Assembly: GCA_001829125.1 (NCBI GenBank)
Contig: MIAN01000034.1
Coordinates: 8,223 to 53,010, forward strand
Origin: Spirochaetes bacterium GWB1_27_13
Lineage (GTDB): Bacteria > Spirochaetota > GWE2-31-10 > MWDO01
Length of the DNA stretch: 44,788 bases
Direction: 5' to 3'
The position numbers and the translations under genes are program-made. Below are positions 1 through 10,516 of the stretch, one piece after another. The notes below the pieces were generated by a model that was given only the letters and a program-made list of their open reading frames with translations, was not told the DNA's origin and made no database searches. Numbering within the stretch: the first letter of the stretch is position 1; every line of letters starts with the position of its first letter.

Positions 1-1
1 A

Positions 2-922
2 ACATCTTTAACTGGTATAGTAGATATACTTACAACGTATCAATTTAGACTTTCTGCAATTTATATAATATCAATTTTTGTAGCGGCTTATTTTCTCAAT
101 AAATATTATAGTATATTTTTATGTTTGTTATCAATATCTTTTAGTTTATACACTATAATTTTATACCACGAGTCTTTTGAGATATTTATTTTATGGAATG
201 CCATTATGACAATTAGCATATATTTTATTGTCGTATATCTATCAACTATTTTAAAGAAAAAAATACATACGGAAAAAGTTAATTATTCTTTAAATAAACA
301 AAATCAACTATTAAAAAATAATATTCAAGAAAAAAATACTTTAATACACGAACTTCATCATCGAGTAAAAAATAATTTTGCTTCAATAGAGTCACTTATT
401 AATTTAACATTAAACGCTAACTCTCCAGACCCATTAAAATCTATAAAAAATCGTTTGATTACATATAGATTATTATACGATAAACTTTGTTATTCTCCAG
501 AAACTAATTCTATAATTTTGCTCAATGAATATTTAAATGAATTGATTAAACTGATATTTGAAAATTATCAGGAAACTAATCCATCGATTAAGTATAAAAT
601 TTATGGGGGTGATTTTGAGATTAAATCAAAAACTGCAAATACAATTGGATTAATTATTAATGAATTAACAACAAATTCTATTAAATACGCTTTTACTGAT
701 ATTTCAGAAGGAAGTATTAATATTAGTTTAATAAAAAAAGAAAATATTATTACAATGATTTATTTTGACAATGGTCGAGGATTTGATCCTAATCAAATTG
801 AATCAAATAAAAAACATCTTGGTTTGCTTTTAATTGAAAATTTAACCCAACAATTGAATGGAAATATCAAATATACTTACAATAATGGCTCTCAATATAC
901 ATTTGACTTTCATATAAACTAA
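2..922 (+). CDS. Membrane sensor histidine kinase, HisKA_2/HWE-like (5'-truncated by window edge)
   Basis: ELHHRVKNN H-box, GLIINELTTNSIKYAF N-box, DNGRG and LGL G-boxes; frame is open back to position 2 with hydrophobic segments. Confidence 0.9.
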   Translation, partial: TSLTGIVDILTTYQFRLSAIYIISIFVAAYFLNKYYSIFLCLLSISFSLYTIILYHESFEIFILWNAIMTISIYFIVVYLSTILKKKIHTEKVNYSLNKQNQLLKNNIQEKNTLIHELHHRVKNNFASIESLINLTLNANSPDPLKSIKNRLITYRLLYDKLCYSPETNSIILLNEYLNELIKLIFENYQETNPSIKYKIYGGDFEIKSKTANTIGLIINELTTNSIKYAFTDISEGSINISLIKKENIITMIYFDNGRGFDPNQIESNKKHLGLLLIENLTQQLNGNIKYTYNNGSQYTFDFHIN

Positions 923-1191
923 AAATATAATATTAAAAATTGAAATAATGTTTAATTTTTTAAACTCATTCCTAAAATGATTATCAATCCAAAAAAAACA
1001 GCAATAAAATAATGGTTATTCATAAAATATTGCTAAATATAATGATTATAATGAGATAGAGTTTTTATTTTGAGAATTTTTTTTTAAATTTTGAATACAT
1101 TTGTCATAGTAAAATTGTTGATATTGATTGACAATTAACATTTTTTTGATTAGTTTATCTAATAATTTGTATCGATAAAAGAGAGTTGTAA

Positions 1192-1392
1192 ATGGATGGA
1201 AAAAATAGAGATAATATAAAACCAGGTCTTGAGGTTGCCATAGTCCTTAAAGAAAATCAAAGAAACGGAATAATGACACCTGGTATTGTTCAGGATATAT
1301 TGACTAAAAGCACATTCCACCCTCATGGAATAAAGGTACGTCTTACTAACGGTGCTATTGGTAGAGTAAAACTAATTAAACCAGGAAATTGA
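1192..1392 (+). CDS. ywbE: YwbE/DUF2196 family small protein
   Basis: G..R..I.PGL.V.IVLK.Q.G..T.G.V.DILT.S..HPHGIKVRL..G.IGRV family pattern. Confidence 0.85.
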   Translation: MDGKNRDNIKPGLEVAIVLKENQRNGIMTPGIVQDILTKSTFHPHGIKVRLTNGAIGRVKLIKPGN

Positions 1393-1396
1393 CAAA

Positions 1397-1819
1397 ATGA
1401 TAAATATAACTGATTCCATATCAATATCTGAAAACGATCTCAGTTTTACTTTCGTTCGTTCAGGCGGTCCTGGTGGACAAAATGTAAATAAGGTCTCAAC
1501 AACAGCAGAACTCAGGTTTAATATAGCCGAGTGCCAATCCATTCCTCATTTTGTAAAAAATCGTCTTATGAATATAGCAAAAAATAAAATATCAAAGGAA
1601 GGAATTCTTTTTATAAGCGGAAACGAATTTCGGACACAAGAACAGAATAAAGAAGCTGTGATAAAACGATTTGTTAATCTGGTAAAACAAGCTGCTATTC
1701 TTCCAAAAAAGCGATTTCATACTAAACCAACAAGATCGTCTGTTGAAAAACGCCTTATAGAGAAAAAGAAACTTGGTGGCAACAAAAATCAAAGAAATTA
1801 TTCAATATTTGATGAATAA
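1397..1819 (+). CDS. arfB: Alternative ribosome rescue peptidyl-tRNA hydrolase ArfB
   Basis: RSGGPGGQNVNKV GGQ motif, RTQEQNK, basic C-terminal tail TKPTRSSVEKRL. Confidence 0.95.
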   Translation: MINITDSISISENDLSFTFVRSGGPGGQNVNKVSTTAELRFNIAECQSIPHFVKNRLMNIAKNKISKEGILFISGNEFRTQEQNKEAVIKRFVNLVKQAAILPKKRFHTKPTRSSVEKRLIEKKKLGGNKNQRNYSIFDE

Positions 1820-1844
1820 CAAGTTTTTTTTCTTTTAAATTATC

Positions 1845-2072
1845 TTATTTAGATGAAAATGGGTTATCTCGTATCTTATCAAACAAATATTCTAACCCAT
1901 TTAGTTTTATTTCATAAACAGTACCAAGCATTTCACCAAGTTCGCCCTCTGGGAATCCCTTTTGATGAAACCAAACAACATAAGGTTCGGGTAGATCAAT
2001 TAGAAGACTTCCCTTATATTTTCCAAAAGGCATTCTATACTGGGCAAGTTTATACATGTAATCTTCATCCAT
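1845..2072 (-). CDS. DUF3820 family protein
   Basis: MPFGKYKG..LIDLPEPYVVWF..KGFP.GELG.....YEIKLNGLE motif. Confidence 0.9.
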   Translation of the reverse strand: MDEDYMYKLAQYRMPFGKYKGSLLIDLPEPYVVWFHQKGFPEGELGEMLGTVYEIKLNGLEYLFDKIRDNPFSSK

Positions 2073-2290
2073 ATTTTAAAATCCTTAAAAGACTCATTTA
2101 GTTTTTTGTTTTACCATATTTTTTAAAAAAAATATATTGAAAAGAATTAGAAAATTGAAAATATTATTTTTTTAGACAAATTACGATTGGTAAATTTGGT
2201 ATTCTAATAAACTTAAAAACTTTATTATTAAAACATAATAAAATATTATTAAAAAACAGTAAATATTTATTGAATTTCAATATATTATAC

Positions 2291-2319
2291 TTGACTTTCA
2301 ATAAATTGTATATTATATT
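2291..2319 (+). promoter_or_regulatory. Putative sigma70 promoter of the DUF2975 operon
   Basis: TTGACT-17 nt-TATATT, then GGAGG RBS before ATG 2348. Confidence 0.55.
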
Positions 2320-2347
2320 TATAAGAAATTAAATTGGAGGATTTTAA

Positions 2348-2851
2348 ATGAAGTATTTTGGTAAAAAATCATTGTCGTCCTTAGCAAGTGGAATTTTACA
2401 TGTGTCATGGTATGTAGTGCTTATTGTATCAATTGTTGGGGTTGTGATAGGCTCCCTAGCTTTATTTTATAAGCCATTTAGTGATTGTATTACATCAGAA
2501 ATTGAAAAGGGCGTTAGCAGTATGAATTATAAAGACAAAACGGATTGGGAAAACTTTAAAAACCTGCCCATTGTTTTTAAACTTATTATCATACCTTATT
2601 TTGGATCACTTGTTGTGTTACTGCTTCAAATAATTAAAAAATCACAGATTTTATTTACGAATTTCAAAAATGATATTGTGTTCGATAAAAGTAATGCTGC
2701 TATTATTTCGAATATCAGTAAACTAAATATTGGATTTTCAATATTAACTTTTAATTTTAGTTTACTGTTAGTAAGCGTATTATTGTTTATGCTATGTGAA
2801 ATTTTTAAAAAAGGGTCAGTTCTTCAGGAAGAGCATGATTTTACAGTATAA
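2348..2851 (+). CDS. DUF2975 family membrane protein
   Basis: Several TM segments, C-terminal ...IFKKGSVLQEEHDFTV, followed by a YozG-like HTH gene (typical pair). Confidence 0.85.
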   Translation: MKYFGKKSLSSLASGILHVSWYVVLIVSIVGVVIGSLALFYKPFSDCITSEIEKGVSSMNYKDKTDWENFKNLPIVFKLIIIPYFGSLVVLLLQIIKKSQILFTNFKNDIVFDKSNAAIISNISKLNIGFSILTFNFSLLLVSVLLFMLCEIFKKGSVLQEEHDFTV

Positions 2852-2863
2852 TAAGGACAATAT

Positions 2864-3079
2864 ATGAGTATAATTTTTAGGCTTGATAGAGTGATGGTTG
2901 ATAAAAAAATATCACTTGGCGAATTGGCAAAACGGATTGATCTTACGGATTCAAATCTATCAATATTAAAAACAGGAAAAGCAAGGGCTATACGAGTTGT
3001 TACTTTAGATGCTCTTTGCAGAGAATTAGGTTGTCAACCAGGTGACTTATTGGAATACCAACCCGATGAAAAAACTTAG
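2864..3079 (+). CDS. Cro/C1 HTH transcriptional regulator (YozG-like)
   Basis: NLSILKTGKARAIR..TLDALCRELGCQPGDLLEY signature. Confidence 0.93.
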   Translation: MSIIFRLDRVMVDKKISLGELAKRIDLTDSNLSILKTGKARAIRVVTLDALCRELGCQPGDLLEYQPDEKT

Positions 3080-3100
3080 AAAAATAAATAAGGAGAAAAA

Positions 3101-3823
3101 ATGAATTCAAACAAAAATGGTGAAATAAGTATTGAAAAATCATCATTATTTAATGCAAGAGTTGCAGGAATTTTTTATTTTACCTTTCTTATAACCGCTG
3201 GGTTTTCACAACTTGTTAGAAATAATTTGATAATACCTAATAATATTGCAGTAACAGTAAGTAATATTATAACCCATAATCTTCTATACCGAATAAGCTT
3301 TGTTACAGACCTTATCGGTTCAACATCTTATATTTTCTTGATATTCTTTTTATACAAGTTGTTAAAATCTGTAAACAAAAATATAGCGAAACTGATGGTT
3401 ATACTTGTACTAATAGGTATTCCAATTGCAATGCTTAATCAACTTAATCAATTTGCACCTTTACTATTATTGAGTGGTGCAGATTACTTGAAAGTGTTTG
3501 ATACAAATCAGATTAATTCCCTGATTATGTTATTTCTTGACTTCTACAAACATGGAGTTTATATAGCAGATATTTTTTGGGGTTCATGGCTTATCCCGTT
3601 TGGTTATCTTGTTTACAAGTCAAAATTTCTTCCGCGAATATTAGGGATATTGCTCATGGCAGGAAGTTCAGGTTTTTTGATAGAATCTTTTGTAATGACT
3701 CTTATCCCTGATTATCAAATACTAACATATCCTGGACTGGCGATTGGCACTATTGCTGAACTATCGACTATCTTCTGGCTTTTGATAAGAGGAATCAATG
3801 TATCAAAAATAGAAAAAAACTAA
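3101..3823 (+). CDS. DUF4386 family membrane protein
   Basis: ARVAG, LYKLLKSVNKNIA, FWG.WLIPFGYLVYKS.FLPRILG, E.....WLLIRG. Confidence 0.85.
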   Translation: MNSNKNGEISIEKSSLFNARVAGIFYFTFLITAGFSQLVRNNLIIPNNIAVTVSNIITHNLLYRISFVTDLIGSTSYIFLIFFLYKLLKSVNKNIAKLMVILVLIGIPIAMLNQLNQFAPLLLLSGADYLKVFDTNQINSLIMLFLDFYKHGVYIADIFWGSWLIPFGYLVYKSKFLPRILGILLMAGSSGFLIESFVMTLIPDYQILTYPGLAIGTIAELSTIFWLLIRGINVSKIEKN

Positions 3824-3879
3824 AATATAAATAGTGTGTGTTTCGGGATGCTAATTAAAAATAAATAAGGAGAATTAAA

Positions 3880-4821
3880 ATGGATTCAAACAAAATGAAA
3901 GCTGTTTTTTGCGAAAAGTACGGAACGCCAGATGTTCTGAAACTCAAAGAGATTAAAAAACCAATTCCAAAGGACAATGAAGTCCTTATAAAAATCTATG
4001 CCACATCTGTATCTTCAGGAGATTGCAGAATCAGAAGATTTGATAGTCCTATGTGGGCATGGCTAATGATGAGAGCAATGTTAGGTTTTACAAAACCAAG
4101 AAATCCTATATTAGGCTCTTTTTTGGCAGGTGAAATAGAATCTGTCGGAAAAAATGTTAAAAAATTTAAAAAAGGCGATCAAGTTTATGCCAGTACAGGA
4201 ATGAAGTTTGGTGCTTATGCCGAATATGTATGCTTAAATGAAAATAGTAAAATGACATTAAAACCTGTAAACGCGAGTTTTGAAGAAGCTGTTTCGATTC
4301 CTTTTGGAGGCACAACAGCATTGTATTTTCTTAGAAGAGCAGGAATAAAAAAAGGATTAAAAGTACTTATATATGGAGCTTCTGGTGCTATTGGAACTTC
4401 AGCCGTACAGATAGCAAAATATTTTGGAGCAGAAGTTACAGGCGTAACGAGCACTTCAAATTTAGAATTTGTTAAAAATCTCGGAGCAGATAAAGTTATT
4501 GATTACACAAAGAATGATTATACTAACAACAATGAACTATTTGATATTATATTTGATAGTATTGGTAAAATAACATATTCTAAAAGTAAAAAAGTCCTTA
4601 AACCAGATGGTAAGTATGTTACTGTGGCAGGATTTGAAATAGCAGATGAAAAACTGGAAGATTTTATCCTGTTAAAAGAATTAATTGAACAAAAAAAGAT
4701 AAAGCCTGTAATAGACAAAGTTTATCCATTGGAAGAGATTGTCGAGGCTCACAAATATGTTGAAAAAGGACACAAAAAGGGAAATGTTGTAATAAGAGTG
4801 CAAAATAATAACAAATTTTAA
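3880..4821 (+). CDS. NAD(P)-dependent alcohol dehydrogenase / quinone oxidoreductase (MDR family)
   Basis: YGTPDVL, GAYAEY, VLIYGASGAIGTSAVQIAK, GADKVIDYT, GHKKGNVVI. Confidence 0.92.
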   Translation: MDSNKMKAVFCEKYGTPDVLKLKEIKKPIPKDNEVLIKIYATSVSSGDCRIRRFDSPMWAWLMMRAMLGFTKPRNPILGSFLAGEIESVGKNVKKFKKGDQVYASTGMKFGAYAEYVCLNENSKMTLKPVNASFEEAVSIPFGGTTALYFLRRAGIKKGLKVLIYGASGAIGTSAVQIAKYFGAEVTGVTSTSNLEFVKNLGADKVIDYTKNDYTNNNELFDIIFDSIGKITYSKSKKVLKPDGKYVTVAGFEIADEKLEDFILLKELIEQKKIKPVIDKVYPLEEIVEAHKYVEKGHKKGNVVIRVQNNNKF

Positions 4822-4865
4822 AAAATCAATAGAAATTAAAATAGCAAACAACGGATGTCATTCTA

Positions 4866-5040
4866 ACAAATTACTCGGTTTTCAAAAAAAAGTATTTTTA
4901 ACGCGAAGAAAACACGAAGTTTAAGGAAGATTTAATTAAAAATTGGATTTTTGATTAAAAACTCCAATAAATTTAAAAAAGTATCTATTTTATTGAAGTT
5001 TTCTCCAATTCTTTGTAAACTTCGTGTCCTTTGTGTAAAA
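4866..5040. repeat. REP/MITE-like palindromic element (CACGAAG...CTTCGTG family)
   Basis: ACAAATTACTCGGTTTTCAAAAAA...TTTTAACGCGAAG matches the reverse complement of 43850-43897; inverted arms ACACGAAGTTTA / TAAACTTCGTGT. Confidence 0.75.
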
Positions 5041-5142
5041 AAAAATTATTATAACATCCCAGTTTAAATGTTAGCCAAAGATATGACTAAAATCTTCAGT
5101 AAAAATTGATATAAATATTACTTGAAAAAAATAAATCCCAGA

Positions 5143-5270
5143 TAAACCACGAATTAAAAGAATAAAATATTATAATAAAAAGAATTTTGATTAAAAACTC
5201 TAATAAATTAAAAAAAATACTCTTTTTTCACTGAAAAACCATCTAATTTTTCGTAATATTAGTATTTTTA
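5143..5270. repeat. Degenerate copy of the same palindromic element
   Basis: AAACCACGAA start; internal TTGATTAAAAACTC.AATAAATT.AAAAA block shared with 4950-5010 and 22655-22720. Confidence 0.55.
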
Positions 5271-5366
5271 ATAAATCTTAGTTATCTCTAAAACCAGTTA
5301 ATAGTTGGCATAGACCGAAGATTTTTTTTATCCATGAAAATCCAGTGGATTAAATGTAGTACTGTG

Positions 5367-6719
5367 TTAATTTATATTATAACTAAGTTTGCGTCCTAAA
5401 GCTCCAATTTTATTAAATAATTTAAATTTTGACAATAATGCTATAATCTTGCCAAATTTTCTATATAATAAATTAAATAATAAAAATGGAATAATTTGTT
5501 TTTTAGAAACAGGAATTCTTTTAATTATATTTTTAAATTTATAAAAGTATTTATATGACCATAAATAACCTCTATATAATTCATTTGCACTCATGTTATT
5601 TGGTTTAAAAACAACATTTGATGTATTATAATTATTCCAGTTAAAATTTATAATCCTATTTTCATTATTTAATTTTTCATATAATATAGTACATGGATAT
5701 GGTGTTAAAATATGTGCTGTCATTGTTTCGATTTTTTGAGAAATCAACCAATCTACAGTTTTCTTAAAAACCATTTTGTCATCATTATCAAATCCAAATA
5801 CTATGCTGGCATTTATCATTATATTTCTTGAATGAATTTCTTTAATTGTATTTTCATAGTATTCTACTTTATTTTGCTGTTTATTTATTTCTTTTATTGT
5901 TTTATCATTTAATGTTTCAAAACCAATGAATAAACTTTGACATCCTGAAGATTCCATTTCATCAAGAATATCAAGATTTTCCCCAATATTCGTTGATACA
6001 GCAGCATTCCATTTTATATTCAATTTTTTCATTTCTTGAATCAACTGTTTTGTCCACTTTAAGTCACCTATAAAATTATCATCTATAAACATTATATGTT
6101 TTGTATTAAACGATCTAATTTCTTTTATTATTTCGTCAATATTTCTTACTTTATATTTTTTATCAATATATTTACAACTATTATAACAGAACTCACAATT
6201 AAATGGACATCCTTTAGTAGCTGTAATTATATTGGTATATAAATATTGACTTTTATCAATAAAACTCCAATTTATTATTGGAATATTATAATAATTTGAT
6301 AGATTGTTACTTTTATATATTTTTTTTATTGAATTATTTTCAAAATCTTTCAGATAATCTAACCAAATATCAACTCCTTCTCCAATACAAATTGAATCGG
6401 CAAATTTTATTGCTTCTTCTGGATTTGTACTGATATGAATACCCCCAAGAATAATTTTAGCACCTTTTTCCTTGTATAACTTTGCTATTTCATATGACCT
6501 ATAAGAAGTGTCAACATTTACAGTTATACCTACAATATCAGGGGTATCATTTAAATATATAGGCTTAACATTTTCATCTTCAATATAAACTTCATGTTCT
6601 GTATTTTCTTTAGTTATTGATGCTAATGTTAATAAAGCTAAAGATGGAGACATCAATCTTTTTAATTCTGTATCCATTGGTCTTAAACTCATTCTTGGTG
6701 AAATCAATTTTATTTTCAT
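5367..6719 (-). CDS. B12-binding domain radical SAM protein
   Basis: CPFNCEFC CxxxCxxC motif, N-terminal cobalamin-binding-like region (ILGGIH, IGEG), FIDDNF, LTPYP. Confidence 0.9.
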   Translation of the reverse strand: MKIKLISPRMSLRPMDTELKRLMSPSLALLTLASITKENTEHEVYIEDENVKPIYLNDTPDIVGITVNVDTSYRSYEIAKLYKEKGAKIILGGIHISTNPEEAIKFADSICIGEGVDIWLDYLKDFENNSIKKIYKSNNLSNYYNIPIINWSFIDKSQYLYTNIITATKGCPFNCEFCYNSCKYIDKKYKVRNIDEIIKEIRSFNTKHIMFIDDNFIGDLKWTKQLIQEMKKLNIKWNAAVSTNIGENLDILDEMESSGCQSLFIGFETLNDKTIKEINKQQNKVEYYENTIKEIHSRNIMINASIVFGFDNDDKMVFKKTVDWLISQKIETMTAHILTPYPCTILYEKLNNENRIINFNWNNYNTSNVVFKPNNMSANELYRGYLWSYKYFYKFKNIIKRIPVSKKQIIPFLLFNLLYRKFGKIIALLSKFKLFNKIGALGRKLSYNIN

Positions 6720-6793
6720 TAAAATTTTATTCCATTCTTCGTGAACTTCGTAGTTTATCTGAGATTTATTTTATTAATTCGATATTCACATTA

Positions 6794-8290
6794 TTATTTT
6801 TTTTTAGTCTTAAATATCTTAAAATCTTTAGCACATATAATCCTTGCAAGATCACGTCCTGTTATAAATGCACCTGTAATACCTCCGCCTGGCATAACCC
6901 ATTGACCTGTAAGATAAAAATTTTTGAGTTTAGGTAATTTTTTGCTAATTAATTCTGGTATTACAGACGGCAACCATTCCCATCCTTGTATACTTCCAAA
7001 TCTATTTGAAGTGTATTTATTTATTGTTACTGGTGTCACAACATCTATTTCTTCAATGTGCTCCTTAATATCTCCAAGATAATCATCAGCAATTTTTATT
7101 ATAGAATCAGCAATCCGCTTTTTTTCCATCATATATTTTTCTTTTTCATTTTCTTTTAAGTTTTTCCAATATTGATAATTATGAGTATGTAAAATTACCC
7201 TAACACAAGTTTTATTTTCGGGTGCTAAAGTTGAATCATAATTATATATCTGAATTGGTATTTCATAAACATTTGTTTTGTCATCAACAACAATTGGTGT
7301 TTTCTGAAATAGTGTAATTACAGATGGTAAATTACTTAAATTTTTATTGATTCCAAGTGATACCATAACAACAGAGGGAAACATAGGATGTTTAGAATAA
7401 AGATTATTGATTTTATTGTCAACAAATTTACCTTCAAGAAGATTAAAAATAGTATTATAACCATCAGAAGCACTAATAATAATATCACCTTTGATAATGT
7501 TTCCATTTTTAAGAATTATTGATTTAGCAATGTTTGATTCTGTATCAATTTTGACAACCCTGCTATTATAATTAATTTTACCACCGATTGATAAATATTT
7601 CTTCTCAAATAATTTTGCAAAATTATAAGAACCGCCAATTGGATACCCAGAATTTTTTGATGCAAGTTGTCCTATACTCATTACAAAAAAGAACATTGGA
7701 AATCTTTTAAAAAAATCTAAATTTAATGCGTATTTAAGGTTCTTATTTTTAATTTTAGATAACACATTTTCAAGTGATTTATTCCATTTTATCAAATAAG
7801 GAAGAAATGGGAGAGAAATAAATTGACGCAAATAGTAATCAAGTGGATTCCACAGTTCAATTGGTTTTTTTGGCATTAAATCTATATTACCAAGTGCTTT
7901 AATATCTCTAATTAGACTTTTTATGAAAATATGCTCTTCAGGCGCTATTCTTAATAATTCTTCCTCTAATTTTTTAGGCTCTGTCCATAAATTTATTTTT
8001 TCACCTTCAGGAGTTACAACTAAACCTAATGAATCATAATAATTAAAATTCATCTCATCTAAAGGTAATATTTCTTTAAACCATTTATTTAAAATAAATT
8101 TTCTATTAAGTCCCCCAATTGAATGAATACAACCATCAAATGTATAATCTCCTCTATTCCATGATGTACAAAGACCTCCGGGAAGTGAGTGATCTTCAAA
8201 AATTTCAGTTTCATAACCATTCATTTGAAGATAATTACCAACTGTAAGACCAGAAATACCAGCCCCGATAATTAATACTTTCTTTTTCAT
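6794..8290 (-). CDS. FAD-dependent oxidoreductase, phytoene desaturase-like
   Basis: IIGAGISGL Rossmann motif, PGGLCTSW.RGDYTFDGCIH, FYLTGQWVMPGGG. Confidence 0.9.
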   Translation of the reverse strand: MKKKVLIIGAGISGLTVGNYLQMNGYETEIFEDHSLPGGLCTSWNRGDYTFDGCIHSIGGLNRKFILNKWFKEILPLDEMNFNYYDSLGLVVTPEGEKINLWTEPKKLEEELLRIAPEEHIFIKSLIRDIKALGNIDLMPKKPIELWNPLDYYLRQFISLPFLPYLIKWNKSLENVLSKIKNKNLKYALNLDFFKRFPMFFFVMSIGQLASKNSGYPIGGSYNFAKLFEKKYLSIGGKINYNSRVVKIDTESNIAKSIILKNGNIIKGDIIISASDGYNTIFNLLEGKFVDNKINNLYSKHPMFPSVVMVSLGINKNLSNLPSVITLFQKTPIVVDDKTNVYEIPIQIYNYDSTLAPENKTCVRVILHTHNYQYWKNLKENEKEKYMMEKKRIADSIIKIADDYLGDIKEHIEEIDVVTPVTINKYTSNRFGSIQGWEWLPSVIPELISKKLPKLKNFYLTGQWVMPGGGITGAFITGRDLARIICAKDFKIFKTKKK

Positions 8291-8430
8291 TCTTTAATTC
8301 CTTAAAAATTCTTAGATGGTGTCTTTCGACTAACTGTTTCCTAAAAAGAATCAATTTGATGTATTTCTATGACTTTCATTAATTATAATAATTTACAAAA
8401 ACTTCTCCTTTTTTACAAACACTAGAAAGA

Positions 8431-9168
8431 CTATGTTCTGTCAGATTTTAACTCTGTTTCATCCTCTGTTTTAATATTCACACCTTTAATTAAAAGCCAT
8501 AATCCTATTGTTATTTCAAAAATAATACTTGGCATAAAAAAAATCATACTTATCGTGTTTACTATTACATCTTGTGGTATAATCATACTTATTAAAGAAT
8601 ATACTAATATTAGTAAATATGAAATTATTCCAAATATTGATAATACACCTGGTACATATTTCGATTTAAATAATAAATAAAAAAACACAATAAAATTTAA
8701 TCCAAGAAATACCATTGAAATTGTTGAACAGGAACTCCGAATATTGATAAATAATCCAATAACATCTTGCATTTGTTCAGGTTTAAATATTGTCAGATAT
8801 GCTTTTCCATTTAACATTTGTAATGTTATAAAAGTGATAAGGACAATAACAACAGCTATAATTGACTCTACTAACTTTAAATTAAGTGCAAGAAATGAAA
8901 TATTTTTGTTTATCGGTTTTAGAATAATAAAAAGAGCAAATGCTAATAATAAACTACAGATAGCAAAAATTAGCTCAAAAGTAAGACTAACACGAAATAG
9001 TAGCTCATTTGCTATAATATTATTGATTGTTTTTGTAACATCTCCTGTCACAATTAGTTTGGAATCTATTAAAGTCCAGTTAAGTATCCACCCGATTACA
9101 ATAAAAAGGAAGATAAGACCTGCTATTCTTGCAGATTTCTGTTGTGATGTGATAGTAGCATTTTTCAT
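8431..9168 (-). CDS. DUF4386 family membrane protein (second paralogue)
   Basis: ARIAG, ILKPINKNIS, YLLFKSKYVP.VLS..G, EITIGLWLLIKG. Confidence 0.85.
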   Translation of the reverse strand: MKNATITSQQKSARIAGLIFLFIVIGWILNWTLIDSKLIVTGDVTKTINNIIANELLFRVSLTFELIFAICSLLLAFALFIILKPINKNISFLALNLKLVESIIAVVIVLITFITLQMLNGKAYLTIFKPEQMQDVIGLFINIRSSCSTISMVFLGLNFIVFFYLLFKSKYVPGVLSIFGIISYLLILVYSLISMIIPQDVIVNTISMIFFMPSIIFEITIGLWLLIKGVNIKTEDETELKSDRT

Positions 9169-9298
9169 TTCTTACTCCGCATTTAAATCATATTTATCGA
9201 TTAAACTTATTGCCCTAAGCATTTCATAAAATGTTTGCGATGTTTACGTAGATGAGTAAATGTAGTAAACTCGCTTTTATCTGCTGTTTATTACAATA

Positions 9299-9982
9299 TT
9301 ATAACAAATTTTTCTCTATTAAATCAACAACAGAATATCTTTTTCTTTCCAAGTTATGATTCATAACGACATCAATTATTTTATTTAAACCTTTGGAATA
9401 GGTATTATGTCCAAGTACTTTTGTTTCAATTTTTACTTCATCATTTCCATCTTTTATAATTATTTTATGGAAGGCATGTTTATCTAAATACTCATTTGGA
9501 ATGCCAATTTCATTGAATTGAATTTCTGGGTCTCTTATCGATTTTATTTTGTCAATTGGATATTTTAAAATATTTGCAAAGCTATAAGCAGTTCCTGGTG
9601 CAGACTTTTTTGTTGATTGATGTGATTCTGTTATTGAAATTTCATAATCTTCAAATTTATCACCATAATTTTTCATCATAGTTATTATTTTTAAAATTAG
9701 AATTGAAGTATTAGGACAAATAATCAATGTAAAATTTGGTTCAATTTTTTCTGTTTCAAGACCAGTTGAAAGTTCAATTAATACAGAATCTGTAACCTCA
9801 CAATATTTTATACATTCTTCTAATTGTCTTCCAGAGCCTGCATGAACAATTATTGACTTTTCATTCAATGTTTTATTGATAGAATCCCATTTCAAAATTT
9901 CACTATTAGGGAAAGATAAATTAGAAGATAGTATTGCATTTGCTAATTTCCCATTTCCAACAATAATTATTTTCAATTTCAT
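9299..9982 (-). CDS. Dihydrodipicolinate reductase-like protein (divergent DapB)
   Basis: IVGNGKLA NAD-binding motif, STG, PNTS, ESHQSTKKSAPGTA resembling the DapB catalytic loop. Confidence 0.7.
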   Translation of the reverse strand: MKLKIIIVGNGKLANAILSSNLSFPNSEILKWDSINKTLNEKSIIVHAGSGRQLEECIKYCEVTDSVLIELSTGLETEKIEPNFTLIICPNTSILILKIITMMKNYGDKFEDYEISITESHQSTKKSAPGTAYSFANILKYPIDKIKSIRDPEIQFNEIGIPNEYLDKHAFHKIIIKDGNDEVKIETKVLGHNTYSKGLNKIIDVVMNHNLERKRYSVVDLIEKNLL

Positions 9983-10104
9983 TCCTTTAAATTTTTTCTA
10001 ATTGCAGCGAACCTTTTGTAAGTTGCCGAAATTGACCTCTTTTAATTATACATTAATACAGAATAATTAATCAACCATAATTTCTAAATTTTGCACTCAA
10101 TTTG

Positions 10105-10415
10105 GATACCAAAACATATCTTGTGCTTCTACCATTTGTTAAAAAGTATATTTTCTATAAATAACTGGTTTAACTTTACCCGACTCTACAAGTCCTATGA
10201 GAAAAATTAACTCTCTAATACTTGCTTGTTCATGTCCAGACGTAACAACACAGAAAAATACTGTCCTTTAGGTTTAAGCAATGGCTTAATTTTTGAATAT
10301 GAGATTTTTCCAACAGCATCAAAAATAATATCGTATCGCTCTTTATCTGCAGAAAAATCCTCTTTCGTGTAATCGATAATTTTGTCAGCTCCAAAGTATC
10401 TTACAAAATCAATAT
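10105..10415 (-). pseudogene. 3' fragment of an MDR alcohol dehydrogenase
   Basis: Minus-strand translation FGADKIIDYTKEDF..RYDIIFDAVGKISYSK..LKPKG then GKVKPVI..Y with a frameshift and stop; paralogous to 3880-4821. Confidence 0.8.
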
Positions 10416-10516
10416 TTCATACAATTAATTAAAAATAGGAGATTTCTCTAAATCAATCATTGTAAAGAATATTGGAGTTATACAAAGATACTGTGCTTTT
10501 TTTCAACATTTTTTTA

